From positions 29,512,001 to 29,576,000 of the forward strand of contig JBHGNT010000001.1 in assembly GCA_043228905.1 (NCBI GenBank): 64,000 nucleotides of DNA. Reading direction: 5' to 3'. Numbering within the stretch: position 1 is the first letter of the stretch; each line of letters begins with the position of its first letter. The notes below the pieces were generated by a model. It saw only the letters and a program-made list of their open reading frames with translations, was not told where the DNA came from and did not search any database. A program made the position numbers and the translations under genes. Shown here one piece after another: positions 52,401 to 64,000 of this stretch. The DNA is from Azolla caroliniana. Lineage: Eukaryota; Plantae; Polypodiophyta.

Positions 52401-55400
52401 ATATTTATGCAATGTGATGATTGGTCTTATTCTTCTATTTCAGCATACCAACAATGAGTACCTCCATACTATGCCAACATTTTCCATGACTGAAGAGCCA
52501 ATTTTTAGTACGTCTGGAGCTCCCATATCTGTTGTATACCAGTGACTGATCAGAATAGTGCCTCAGTCACTATTGAGACTGCTACCATCTCCACCCAGGT
52601 GATATCAAAGGGTACCAATGTTTTTCTCCTTATCACGCATGCAATCATCAACACTAATTTCTCTAGTTGTGTGACTTATCGAGAGGAATGGTGACCATTG
52701 TGCACAAATAGCAAAATCAGAAGACCTTATTCTTTTCTACAAGTGAAATATCACTATAAAATACGCCTACTTATATTTTATCTGAAAAAGCTGCAGTATT
52801 TTTTCATCCAGAAATATAGGCTTTATAATAACTTTTCCAACGAGGCTTCTCAAAACACTATACTACCACTTCTGATAAACATAACGCCATATGCATGATT
52901 AGACATCAAGTTACATTGCTATACGAGGAATGATTTTGTTAAAATGAATAATGGAGGAAAGTTAGATTGCAAGAAAGACAATCCCATGAATAGTTTACAG
53001 TAGATGAATGGAATTTGTAAGAAATAATAAATAGAAAGCAACATAGCTTCAGGCAGTATACAGGAAATATCCAATTATAAAGATATGTGGTAGTCATTGA
53101 AAATAATTGTATGGACCTAAGAGCTTTATGTGATTCATCTATTATCACGTGAGACTTTTATGCAATTTTTCTGTCACCTCCGAGTGTGCTTTATTATTCA
53201 GGATTAGATCTGTCGTTGGCCAGTTCTGCACTTCATGGAATCAGCTCGTTTAAAGACAGTCAAATATCTTAGAAAGGCATGGAAGCAAACACCTGAGCAC
53301 ATCATATGCAGGCTTTGCCAGGATACAGCCAAGCCAAACAAACTACTCCCATACATGCTCATGAGGTTGTCTTTTTCATATTTGGATCCAGTCTTTCGAG
53401 AGATACAATGAGCCAATGTTTTACAGCAAAAAAAAGGTTTTGGGAGTAGGATTTACTGTACTTTGCGAATTTCACATCACATCCAACAAATAGGGTGGAA
53501 GATTTATGCCAACAAATCTCCGTGTTAAGATCGCTGGGGCTGCCTTTAAAAGCATCTAAGACTTCCTTGAAGTAAAGGACGGAAAGAAAGAAGGAAGAAG
53601 ATTATGATAGCATCCCTAATAAAGCCAAAATGGGTTATGAGACCTGATATCAGCAATTGTTACAATCATGATATTATATGGTCTCATCAAAGTTCTTTGA
53701 ACTGAAGTATATAAACTATAAAACTAATATAGGAAGTAAATGAAATGTCACCCTTGTGTGGGTCTCAAACCTCATCAAAACTCAGTGAGCTGAGATATAA
53801 CCTACAAAGTAAACTATTAAGTATATGAAAATGCTACCCTTGTTGGAGATATTGACCAAAGTATTAAGAACTGTGTGATACCGACAATATTCCATCTCCT
53901 CCAAAATGATGAGAATTTGGTTAGGGAGGTAAATGGAGGCCTGAGATCTAGGGTATGGCTTAGAAATTGAGTTCATTGATGAGCGATGTAGTGCCAAACC
54001 TGTAAATTCACTACTAAATAAAACCCATCACCCTCATAAAGTCAACAAGACTGCGATAAAGTCAATCATCAGCCTTCTTGAAATCTCAGAGTAACCCAGT
54101 TGATGGTGATTGCGGGTCTTTCACCCACATTGATTCATAGGTTATTTTGACCTTTGCACACATAATTACTCATTTCCCTTTCATTCAGAGGTTTCATAAG
54201 CCCTTTTGGCCTCTTAAAAGACATTAGTATATCTCTCTTTCTCCTCCCCTTTATTTAATGCAATCATATGAGAGAGTGTAGTTGCATTGAGCACCACATA
54301 CATGTAAAATGAGCTCTATAAGTAGCTAAAATGATGCCATCACATAAAACCATGATAACAGTCAATGACATTTAAATAAATACCTGAAACCACGTCATTG
54401 CTTTTAAATCAAGATAATAAACATCATTTAGCAGTTTATTCTCTTCATTGCGACCTCCAAAGATATATAGCCTGTTAGGAGAAGTCCTTTTACCAACATA
54501 GCTCTTTTATTTACATAGGCTAGAAAACAAACTAAGCAAAGAGAACCTTTTCTCTATTAATAATCAAGATTTTAAATCATATAAACAATTGTAGGTCTGC
54601 AATATAACGAACTATGGGCATTCTACCTAAGATCATCAATCAAGATCGCAGAGATAATAGAAGTTGATTGGGTTTCTAGGTGTTAGAGGAGAATGAAAGG
54701 AAAAGAAAGAAAACTATATTACCGCCGTTTAAGAGGCTAAAATTGCCTAACGACCAAACAAGAAATTACATCTTAAAACGTTGTCTTGTCTTTAAGAGAA
54801 AATCAAGATAAATACAACTAAGTACAGTGTACTAAAGAATTTAGTTATCCATATTGTTCTCCAAAGTCTCCTCCCTTTATTCCACATGTCAATGGTACAA
54901 ATGGCAAATCCATTATTCCATAGATTTACATCCATATCTGCCTATCTCAATCATTATCTAACCTTCTCTGAGGAGATCCAAACCTGCCCTATCACACAAT
55001 GAGTTCATGCCATGGATGTGTATCCATATAGATGTCTCTCTAGTCCCTCCAATGAGGAAGAAGTCCACAAAACGTCGTCAGCATTCAATAATACTGGTAT
55101 GGCCATTTCTGCCAAGCATGCTCCTGAACCACCAAATCTCCCTATGTAATTAGATACCTTCACTATGTAATTAGATATCTTCTCTATGTGATTATATACC
55201 TTATATATATATAACCCCAAAGAGAGTGGGTTTTAGAGATCTTCCTTATTTAATTCCAATCATGCTAGCCATGATCTCTTGCAACCCATTGGAAGCATGC
55301 ACATTTCCTGAAATTGATCATATAGTACACAGATTCCCCATTGCATATCTACCGGGACTCCAATGGCATCTTGTCATCGCATGAGCTGAACATGCAGTAA

Positions 55401-58400
55401 GGTGTTGAAGGCTTTGCAGAAATCCAGAAAGCAGCAATAAACTCTTCTTTTATTTCTAACACTTCCTCCTTAAGGGCTCAAAGGGATCCAAAGTGATGAG
55501 CCCCTCTCCAAACCCTACCTGTCCGACTGAATGCAACCATGTCTTTTATGAAATCAGAGGGAGATACCATTGCCTCTTTAAACAAGGCTTTGGCCCACTA
55601 CGCAAGGTAATGGAATATGAGGACCAAAGATGCCTAGGACTTTTCTTGCTCGAGCTCAAGAGACATCGGGAAAAGTTGTTGAAGAATACAGCCACACAAG
55701 CTCATCCACAAAGAACAATCACAACTTTCTTTCGCTCCATCACTCCTAATGCTAGAAGTCAACCCCAGGATACAGAAATGGGATCCAGACCAGGATATAA
55801 CAAAGGGGTTACGATTGATCGGGCAATGGCAATTTGCCGTGCACGTAGGCCCCAGCCCCATGGACCACGACCTCGACACCCTTGTCATCGACAAATAAAA
55901 GCCATTATCTCCCGCCATCGTAGGTGCTTCCCTCGCTTCGGAGACATTTCCATTCTGGATCGACCTATGATAGAGATCTTTCGGAGACAAAAGCTACAAT
56001 ACACCTAACTTGAGAATCTCGCATGTGCCAAAAACCAGATTCTCTCGTCTCTTTTCTTTTCATCTTATTTACTTTTATATTTACTGTGTAATATTTACTT
56101 TATTTTGATTTGTTCTCAAAGACGAGAAAACATTTAAGATGTAATCTCTTATTCGGTCTTATAGGCCATTTTGGCCTCTTAAAAGACATTAATATATCTT
56201 TCTTTCTTTCTTCTTTCTCTGTCCATAAACTCAATTCTGACTCTAGGATCTACGATCATGACAATGAATGACCATTGTGGTCCCATCTCCATACCCATTA
56301 CCATTCACAAAATGCATCCTATATGACTATGTATTATTAAATGCCTTACTACACTTTTAATGAAAAGAAATGCAGGAAAAATATAACCAGTAAAATTAAG
56401 TGATTATACGATATTTCCATTAAAAGCAGTCGAATGATTATCATACAAAGAAGAAAGAAACGCAGAAAAAACATTGTCAGTAAAATTAAGTGATTACCGC
56501 TTATTTCCATCAAAAGCAGCCGAATGACCATCACGAGCAGTAGGTATATTCCCACTTGGTGATAACTTTACCCAAAGAAGAGTCCGAGAGTCTATTGCAA
56601 AAATGTCTTCAACCTAGTCTCTCAAAAGATAATATTAATTAGGTGCTCAACTTTGTTTATCAGCATAAATTACAATTTGTTAAATATAACCTTCACATAA
56701 TTAGTAATACGTCCTCCAAATATGTATGTTATTGGCCCAGCTTGTGTGATGCTATATCCACTTCTAAGAAGTGGCCTTTGCCCATTCTCATGTCGTGTTA
56801 TGTACTTCTTAAAGAACCCTGTACTAAATGTTGTCAATAATCTCAAATATATCAAGCTGCCTCAATTAATTAAAATGTTTATTTCAAATACAATGTTAAA
56901 TGTGCAATATGTGTGGTGCTTCTTAAAGAACCCTGTATTAAATCCTGTCAATAATCTCAAATATGTTGAGCTGCATCAATTGATTTAAAATTGTTATTCA
57001 AACACGACACTAAATGCAAAGTCTCTGGGTTTAGGGTCATTAGGCAATCACACCCAAGCTAGATAAGCCATCCAATGTCTCGATTTCCAATCAAAGTATC
57101 AATCATTCAAACATGGTTAGTTTGAAATTTGCAACCTCCATTATCGATCAAACTGAATTAATATAATATGGAAGAAATTGTGGCACCACTAGATCAGTGA
57201 TGTGAAGGGAGACAGATATTTGAAAGTTTACTATTTCATAGTTAAATCTTGGAGATCATAACAAGAACCTAGGAAATAATAACTGGGCTCTGTTAAGCAA
57301 ACAATATACACTGTTTCTAGGATAATCTCGAGCCTCATCATCGCTATCCTCCAAAAATCTATCCTCTCAATCACCCATTCACACACTTCATGCTCCACCA
57401 ACAGTTGCCACTGCCAGTAATGAACCATGAATCCAGAACAGCAACTATCCACAAGTGATTGGATGCCGCCTTTTTTTTGCAGACTAGAGATCAGTCTATT
57501 CATTAGGATACCACAAATCTAGTATTAAAGCTGTGTTTTGGACTCAATCTGGACCTAGACTTTCTAAAGATTTTAATGGAAGGTTTTGGAGATAAGAGAT
57601 ATCCACAGAAAATTATTCTTAAGAGGCTTCGTAAAATACCAATAATACTCATTGCTGGGAACAACTTTACTATCAGATCCAACGACATTAAAAATCTAGT
57701 GCCAAAAGAGAAGCAGCATGCAGATGTTTGTATAATCAATTTCAATAATAAAAGTATGTATGTGTGTATGTATGTATGTATGTATGTATGTATATCATGC
57801 AATGACATAATAGATATATAATGTTTATAGATTCTTAATTCCTGAAAATACTGGATACAAACAAGTTGTAAATCACAGAAAAACAGAATACCTGACAATT
57901 CAGCTTCAGGTTTCTGGAATATCAGCTGTTCTAATTGATGAAGCTCATGCAAATTGCGAAGGTAATCCATAAATTTTTCAAATCCCTATAGACATGGATT
58001 AAGCAAATCCATATAAACTATGTCTTTAACATGCAACAGACTATAACATAATGTTTAAACTAGGGCACGTCACATAATGCACTTCAATGCCACAAATTAT
58101 TCAAAAATATAGATAACCTGAGAGTAAAATGTATTGATTGGATCAGAGAAAGGATTTCCAGTACAATCAAACTCTGTAAGATTCTTCAGCAAACCCAGCG
58201 ATGGTGGTACTTCAGTAAGATGGTTTCCATGTACATCCAGTGTAACAAGTTCTTGTAAATCTTCCAATGGCTTTGGAAGAGTTGAGAGGAGATTCTCGCT
58301 AACATCCAAACATTGTAGATTTCTTAATAGTCCCAGAGAGTCCGGTAGTTCCAGAAGTCTGTTCTTAGCTGTAATAAGTGCAGCTCATCTTTTAGGACCC

Positions 58401-61400
58401 CAATGGAAAATATGATTTTCGATGTTAAAATTTTGAGTATAACAATCATACAACATTGCCATACATAATGTTTAACTCACCAAGATTCAGCGAAACCAGC
58501 AAAGTGAGTTGGCCCCAGAAAGTAGGAAGTGTCATTAGTTGATTCTTTGAAAAGTTCATTTCTCTCAAGGAAACCAGATATTGTATACCTTGATCCAGCT
58601 CTTTTATCTCATTCTCTGATAGATCTAGGATCTGTCTTAGATAAAGATTATTTCATGAAAGAGCAGCTCCATAATTGATTTTTCCAGCAAGCAATGCAAA
58701 CTACCATCAAACCATAAATATACACTATAGAGGGAGAAGCATCTACCTGAATTTTTCCATATCTTAGCACAACTGGTGGTAAAAATTGAAAATGATTTTT
58801 GCCTAGTCTCAGACACCGCAATGTACGAAATTCGGCCAATTCATGAGTCAATTCTGACAATTTATTGCTGCCGACATAATGAAACAATTAATCCAATCAC
58901 ACTTTATTCTGGGTACAAGCACACTGGCATTCCAAAAAATTACATGCACCTCCTATGTATTTAGATAAACAGAAGTGTTTCAGTAACAGCCAATTTTATC
59001 AAAAGGCACAAGGTTTCTCCTAATGATGAGAGTGTTCTATTTAAAGTGGCTATTAATAAATGGAAGCTCAAGTAATTTGACCATGGACTCTGCACAAGCA
59101 TTTCCTGAAAAGAAACAGTGTCATTAGAATCGGAAAAACCTGTGTAAATCCAATTCTATGATGGACGTAACCCCTGCTCCTTTAACAAGGTTCATGAGAT
59201 CCTCAGGAATATCAGTCAGTTCCAAAGAGCTGCCAATGAAAATGTAGAAACAGTACTCAATAATCAAATCATATCATTACACTGCTTTTTGAATCTTCTC
59301 AAAACTACTACACAATATTCTCGCAATGAAACAAACAAAAAATGGCTCTTTAGACAACTAAAATCTGTATAGGATCATTTGAATATCCAAAGTGCTTGGC
59401 CAAATACATCCAAATAATAGAACCACTAGGAAAAATTAGATCATATTATTTGTGTGAGCTTTATCAGAGACTGAAAGTGCAAACGTAATGGTGCCAAATC
59501 TGAATTTGATCAAACTGAATCTAGAAACAAGAGGAAAGCCTTTCTGTCTACTAAAACCAAAAAGAAAAAACATGTACAAGAACATATATATCTTCCAGTT
59601 ATCCAGAACAAAAGGAAATTACAAGATCCAAATGAATAAATAATAGAAACTATAAAGTGAGGGGTAACCGAGAACTAGCATGGGGAGATGGGAGCTCCAA
59701 AGCTCGATAATCAGGTATACAATTATGAAATGCATATCTAATGGGCCCTTCTGAGAATATTCCACATGAGTGGATGTGTGAGGAGCCCCACCAGTGTTGC
59801 CTCTGGGTCAGAGTGCACGCATGCCAACCAATCCTCCATGTAGTGATTTGCCAAATTAAAGTAGAATAGCATGCATCAAAGGTCCACTGCATCACTTCCA
59901 AGAGTAAATATAGTGTTTGTCCATATTTTTTTGCACCATAAACACTTACACATTTCCCTCCCAAGTGTAAATATAGTGCTTGTCCATATGCAAGATTTAG
60001 CTCTAGTATCCACTGCATCGCTTCCACAAACTACCACCTTTTAGTCAGGTCCACGCTTTGAATCCTCTTAGAAAGATCTATGATCTGCATATTCTTTAAG
60101 TTGATTGTCTTTTTTATCCAATTGGCATGCATCCTGGATTGAATTCTGGTTCCAAACGTTCTGTGTTTATGATCCATGTCACAGGAGTGCCATTTCTTGT
60201 GGGAGAATAGTTACATGTCTATGCCTAGGATTATGGTGATTATGTGATGTTAGGTTTTCAGCAACAAAGTAGGTAGGCCGGACACATGCAGATTGGCATT
60301 CCCAAGACTTCAGTTGTGCTACCTTTAATATTTTTCCTCTTGTAAGCTTTGATACTAACTGGATTAATGTTAAGGCAATACCTGTGGGGAAACTGACATT
60401 TGGGGCCAATCGATGAAATCTTTAAACTCATATCTTAAATTATGAATTCGAACCAACTCATATCTTAAATTATGATTTGGTTCCATTGGCTGATTTTGGC
60501 CTCTGATAGATTTTCATGCATACTTCCTTATTACTTTCTCACTTAAAGTTTTGTTTTATAAAGTATTCATAACTTTTTTCTATTGCTTTTTCGGCATGTG
60601 AGTAGAAATTTTTCATGTTTTCCATCCCTGAGTGTAACATCAATGATTGCTACCTTGCCTCTCCACCAAAATATATCACAGATAAATACAAGCGGTGTAT
60701 CCATTCAAGCATAGACAAAGAAGTTAACTTTCATGGTGACATGCAATGAACTTCAACCTGTTCCAGATTGTCTGGTGCCAATAGACAGCAGAAACAGATG
60801 ATATATACGACATAGAGCAAACTGGCAAAAATCTTTGATTTTTGGTCTCTCCTTCAAATTTTGTCCATTTTCTCGTTCAGAAAGAAAGATATATTAACGT
60901 CTATTAAGAGGCCAAAATGGCCTATAAGACCAAACAAGAGATTACATCGTAAGTGTTGTCTCGTCTTTGAGAACAACAAATCAAAAAATAAGTAAATAAT
61001 ACTTCGTAAATATAAAAGTATATAAGATAAAAAGAGACGAGGGAATTTGGTTTTCGGCACATGTGAGATTCTCAAGTTAGATATATTGTAGCTTTTGTCT
61101 TCGAAAGATCTCTAGCATAGGTCGATCCAGAATGGAAATGTCTCCGAAACGAGGGAAGCACCTACAATGGCGGGAGATAATGTTTTTTATCTGTCGATGA
61201 CAAGGGTGTCGAGGTTGTGGTCCAGAGAAAGCTACAGACATTTGAAGTTCTTTGAGCTCTTGTAGACCTTTGGCACCTTCTTCATCAATGCAATTCGTAT
61301 ACATATGGAGTACAAAACTGTATGATCAGACTTCAGTCACTCCAACAAATCATTGCAAACATGAAAGGTGAATACATGGTACAATGAGGCTTTGATTGCT

Positions 61401-61990
61401 CCATGGGAATTTTCTTCTTCAATGACCCATGTATAGGAACCTTTGTTCACTCTTTTAAACTTTGAAGATAAATAAATGCATTGTCTTCTCCAGTGAAATC
61501 CATATACATATGAGTTACTATGATCATTTGGTCAACCTTTTTAAGATTTTTGGCATGCTCTTCTTCAATAAATAAAGAAATATGCATGCCGAGTACAAGA
61601 ACCTTTGGTTATCATCTTCATAGTAGGAAATCTTGTTGGAATGCCCCTTCATTTTTTCTTGGTTCACCCAATGTATCTCTAGAGAAAAAACAACAGTTTT
61701 TCTTCTAGAAATGAAGAAGTTGAAAAAATGTCTTCTTTAGAATTTTAAGGTTGAAATGGCATCTCTTATATGACATACTTATTTCTAGAAGAAGAAAAAG
61801 AAAACAAAAAAGTTTTATGAAAAACAAGAAATTAAAAGGAAAGAGAAAGAGACCAGGGCCAGGGGGTTGGGGGAACAGGATGAGGAGAGGGGTACCTGAG
61901 ATCGAGCTTTTGTGTTTTTCTGCATTCAACGAGGTGAGCCTTAATCTTCTTCATCTTCACGAAACTCTTCTTAGACTTCGACCCCGCCAT
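30797..61990 (-). CDS. DRC7: Dynein regulatory complex subunit 7 (CCDC135/FAP50 family) with N-terminal LRR and Kelch repeats
   Basis: LRR-region exons 61896-61990, 59140-59229, 58747-58867, 58481-58631, 58118-58368, 57892-57985. Kelch exons 56691-56818, 56498-56613, 54384-54471, 51568-51699, 48453-48620, 47938-48002, 46491-46589. Uncertain linker exons ~46273-46322, 44251-44339, ~43335-43386, 42975-43125. Linker/DRC7-core exons 41739-41910, 41554-41637, 41065-41292 (NECDIVKCICTTIRP, YEPLE), 39843-39962 (ADCFDFAVLL..GYAP), 39251-39340, 38273-39087 (LHCWVLV, FFIEPSTG), 36690-36900, 34476-34601, 34088-34380, 33865-33990, 33632-33791, 31760-31993, 31394-31537 (LKERLVNRA), 31131-31309, 30797-30863 (KLQNDPRI..stop). 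Confidence 0.88.
32280..32935 (+). mobile_element. Old RTEX-like LINE ORF2 C-terminal remnant in a DRC7 intron
   Basis: Weak resemblance of ORF 32432-32923 to the post-RT region seen at 35040-35600. Confidence 0.35.
35040..36125 (+). mobile_element. Decayed RTEX-like LINE 3' portion (ORF2 C-terminal zinc finger + 3' UTR)
   Basis: SSQQLEIEIGRH..EERICQLCHQGVE*E...CSVFYEIGGRYYCLFK followed by the shared ttggtcttataggccattttggcctcttaaaagac tail. Confidence 0.8.
37400..37728 (-). mobile_element. Young 5'-truncated RTEX-like LINE end with (TTTC)n tail
   Basis: Close reverse-complement match to 55905-56215; long agaa repeat at 37400-37432. Confidence 0.88.
42275..42680 (+). mobile_element. Two RTEX-like fragments (3' UTR/tail piece and an ORF-end piece)
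   Basis: 42275-42530 matches 55950-56210; 42600-42680 matches 55540-55620. Confidence 0.75.
43973..44237. repeat. Long perfect inverted repeat (98-bp arms, ~20 bp imperfect extension, ~30-nt loop) in a DRC7 intron
   Basis: 43973-44070 is the exact reverse complement of 44140-44237. Confidence 0.97.
45955..46097 (+). mobile_element. Short RTEX-like LINE 3' end
   Basis: aagatgtaatctctggtttggtctgatagtccattttggcct...tttctttctttc. Confidence 0.7.
47425..47982. repeat. Tandem duplication, 2x ~279 bp, including most of a DRC7 Kelch exon and its donor
   Basis: tggaaaaagtag.atgtcaaacta...tgcatacctg.tctggtaaatccaacag...cttggacatggt occurs at 47425 and 47703. Confidence 0.93.
50247..51015 (-). mobile_element. 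Cluster of RTEX-like LINE 3' ends (50247-50548, ~50680-50740, ~50895-51015)
   Basis: Reverse-complement matches to the shared tail ggccaaaatggcctataagaccaaacaagagattacatc. Confidence 0.8.
51185..51247. other. Short hairpin, 22-bp stem with one mismatch and a 19-nt loop
   Basis: aagttacttctgcataatccac ... gtggattatgaagaagtaactt. Confidence 0.85.
52106..52385. repeat. Tandem duplication, 2x ~137 bp
   Basis: catgttct.ccaattct...tagtacctttggtaatatccaattt.atgatatcagttc...gtggacaa.ccaagctatat occurs twice. Confidence 0.9.
54700..55480 (-). mobile_element. Internally deleted RTEX-like LINE (RT motifs, zinc-finger end, tail)
   Basis: Minus strand VYCCFLDFCKAFN (~55420), IPVLLNADDVL..SSSLEGLERHL (~55050-55100), IEIGRY..WICHL (~54900), tail at 54700-54815. 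Confidence 0.8.
55540..56215 (+). mobile_element. Best-preserved RTEX-like LINE 3' end (open ORF2 C-terminus, 3' UTR, (TTTC)n tail)
   Basis: Open frame VFYEIRGRYHCLFKQGFGPLRKVMEYEDQRCLGLFLLEL...RQKLQYT*, followed by the tail shared by more than 10 copies. Confidence 0.88.
56360..57015. repeat. Two local duplications overlapping DRC7 splice sites (~90 bp at a donor, ~115 bp at an acceptor)
   Basis: cagtaaaattaagtgatta...atttccat.aaaagcag.cgaatga twice (~56390, ~56480); cttcttaaagaaccctgta...gtcaataatctcaaatat twice (~56805, ~56919). Confidence 0.85.
60878..61222 (-). mobile_element. Young RTEX-like LINE 3' end in DRC7 intron 1
   Basis: Encodes GPQPRHPCHRQIKNIISRHCRCFPRFGDISILDRPMLEIFRRQKLQY, nearly identical to the 55540-56215 ORF end, plus tail. 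Confidence 0.9.
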
Positions 61991-64000
61991 GGTTTCTCTC
62001 TAGTCTGCAAAATTTCACTCTCCCTCGGAATCAGAATCAGAATCAGAAGAACGGACATTCAACCGTAATGGAGAAACAGACTGCAAGTTTTCTATATTTC
62101 GCGGGTGCCCCCTCCTCCTCCAACCCCTTTTGGCTTTCCTTATTTCTGTCCGATGCCCTTCCTCGGACCTCAACCCCTACACCGTTATCATTTCATCCCT
62201 TACTTCAGAAAAACACATGGAAATTTGAAGTGACCAAGATTAGTCGCTCGTTACCGTTCCAATGATAAGCGGTAGAATATCCATCCGCGCATAGTTTGAT
62301 CGGAACAATAATCGGGACTGCAGTCGGATAATGGGATGTCTTGACCGCGCAATCGACTATGTAGACGAGATAGATGAGTAATCGACTTTACTTGTGCCAA
62401 ACTTTGGCCCAAGAAGGTTTTTCCTTCATGTACAAAGCACTCGACCTTTCGATACTCTAGCTTCAACAAGTCTAGACATTCTCTACTCTTCATCTTAGTT
62501 TATTGCCTTGTGGTTGGCATCTAGTTCATGGCTTTCGGTATAAGCTACATGGCATTAACTTGAATGGGTTTTAACTTTTACCAATTTCTGGTTGACAACC
62601 AAGGTTGTGTTAGTAACACTTGGGTTGATATCATATACATTTTTCTTCTCTCCTTTCTGACATAAAATGAATTTAAAATTTTCATTCAAAACATTGATTA
62701 TCGTATGACGAGTTGGTCCATAACTCTTCATGGAATTTTTCTATGCTCTCTTGAAATCGTAAATGGTATGTATTTCAATTAGACCGATTATAATGTGCAC
62801 AACTTTCTTGATGATGAATCTACACAAAAATATGTGGAAAGATGTGTGTTATTGTCCATGGGTTGAATTTGGGTTCACTAATATATATGTGTGAAAAACT
62901 CAATGCATGACAATAACGTGGTTGTAGAAAGTGTGCTATTGGAGAGTAGTATACAATTTTCATAAAAAAAACAGTGCCCAACATTTTTATCTATTGTTTC
63001 CACACTTGCACTATGAGTTTAACCATACCTTTAAAATACAATTCCAAAGTCTTATGTCTCAAACAAAGCATGTTAGATATGTCTACAATACTTAAAAATC
63101 TGCATGGAAATCCCCAACAATATATTCATGTCCATGTATGTTCAGGGAAACCCTCATTGAACTCGACATCATACAATTTTAGCTTTATAGGATATCTCGT
63201 AAACAAACGGCAAGATGTACCAGGGTATTTTCAGCAAACAAACGGCCTCCATCAGAATCTATTAAGTTAATATGGCACACATTAATAACTACATTGAGGG
63301 CCCATATATGAGCGGATTGATGGAACACATGATGCTTCAAAATTAATGAGGCTGAATTTCAGAAAACGATGGTGTACTACATCGATGGCTATAGAAATTG
63401 GAGTGGATATACAGTGGTAGTACGTAGTACCGAGATGGTTGTTCTCCCCTCCCATTAGATGATATGAGAAACATGGAGAACAAACATGTGGGCTATTGAG
63501 TGTAAGATAAATAAGTGAGGTAGCCCATGTGGAAGTAGATAATGACTAAAGTTGTGTATTGTATGTCATTTTAACTAATGGGGTATATTCTTATTTGGAA
63601 AAAGAAAAAGAAAACAAAAGAATACACATGTGATTCCCTGATTTATACATAAGCCATATTGTATAGTCTTTCTGTAAAAATCTCTTCTAACTAATGGGAA
63701 AGTAGCTCCTTTTTGGGAAATAAAAATATAAATCTGAATTGCATGTAGAAATTTTGTGAGTTAAGTCACAAGAAATAAACAATATGCATACTCTAGAGTC
63801 TAGACTTAATTCATTGCTTCGATCATCTACAATATTCTAACACCTTGAATTATCTAACATAGCTTCACATTTGCATGCAATTAAGCGATTTAGTGGTACA
63901 AAAATGTGACGTGCATTAATTATGGAACTTGGTTTTTTATGATCGAGTAATAATATTATTCAGGGCATTATCATGTATTTCGCATTGTATAATGAATGTA

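Noticed and set aside
55005-56215. Twin-primed 5'-inverted LINE (minus-strand RT next to plus-strand 3' end)
   Set aside because: The minus-strand piece has its own zinc-finger end and tail (54700-54990) and is much more decayed, so two independent insertions fit better
46491-56818. Kelch exons as an outer-arm dynein alpha heavy chain
   Set aside because: No IPT or dynein motor/tail sequence follows; downstream exons are DRC7
62230-64000. Short ORFs and probable TE debris upstream of DRC7
   Set aside because: No diagnostic motif or terminal structure recognised

Overview
AT-rich, intron-rich land-plant nuclear DNA. An intact flagellar gene, a fern-style PLS-PPR and abundant RTEX-like LINEs point to a flagellated-sperm plant, most likely a fern (inference). 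Five genes can be assembled by hand from GT..AG-bounded exons: (1) the first three coding exons of a KONJAC/GMPPA-type GDP-mannose pyrophosphorylase-like gene (- strand, running off the left edge, with a decayed Ty1/copia element in intron 3); (2) a 7-exon class-3 lipase (+); (3) a 4-exon At1g50020-like plastid membrane protein (+); (4) a single-exon PLS-E PPR gene without DYW (+); (5) a ~31 kb, ~30-exon LRR + Kelch + DRC7/CCDC135 axonemal gene (-). Mobile DNA includes copia, chromoviral gypsy, decayed L1, many RTEX-like LINE pieces with (TTTC)n tails, hAT-type MITEs and tRNA-derived SINE-like heads. The most notable structures are a perfect 98-bp-arm hairpin beside a putative DRC7 donor site, a 73-nt perfect palindrome carrying two Pol III B-boxes in a promoter, a duplicated same-length DRC7 Kelch exon, and gene-specific degenerate tandem arrays in promoter-proximal introns. 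Family assignments come from recalled motifs, not database searches. The DRC7 exon map between ~42 and 46.4 kb is incomplete.
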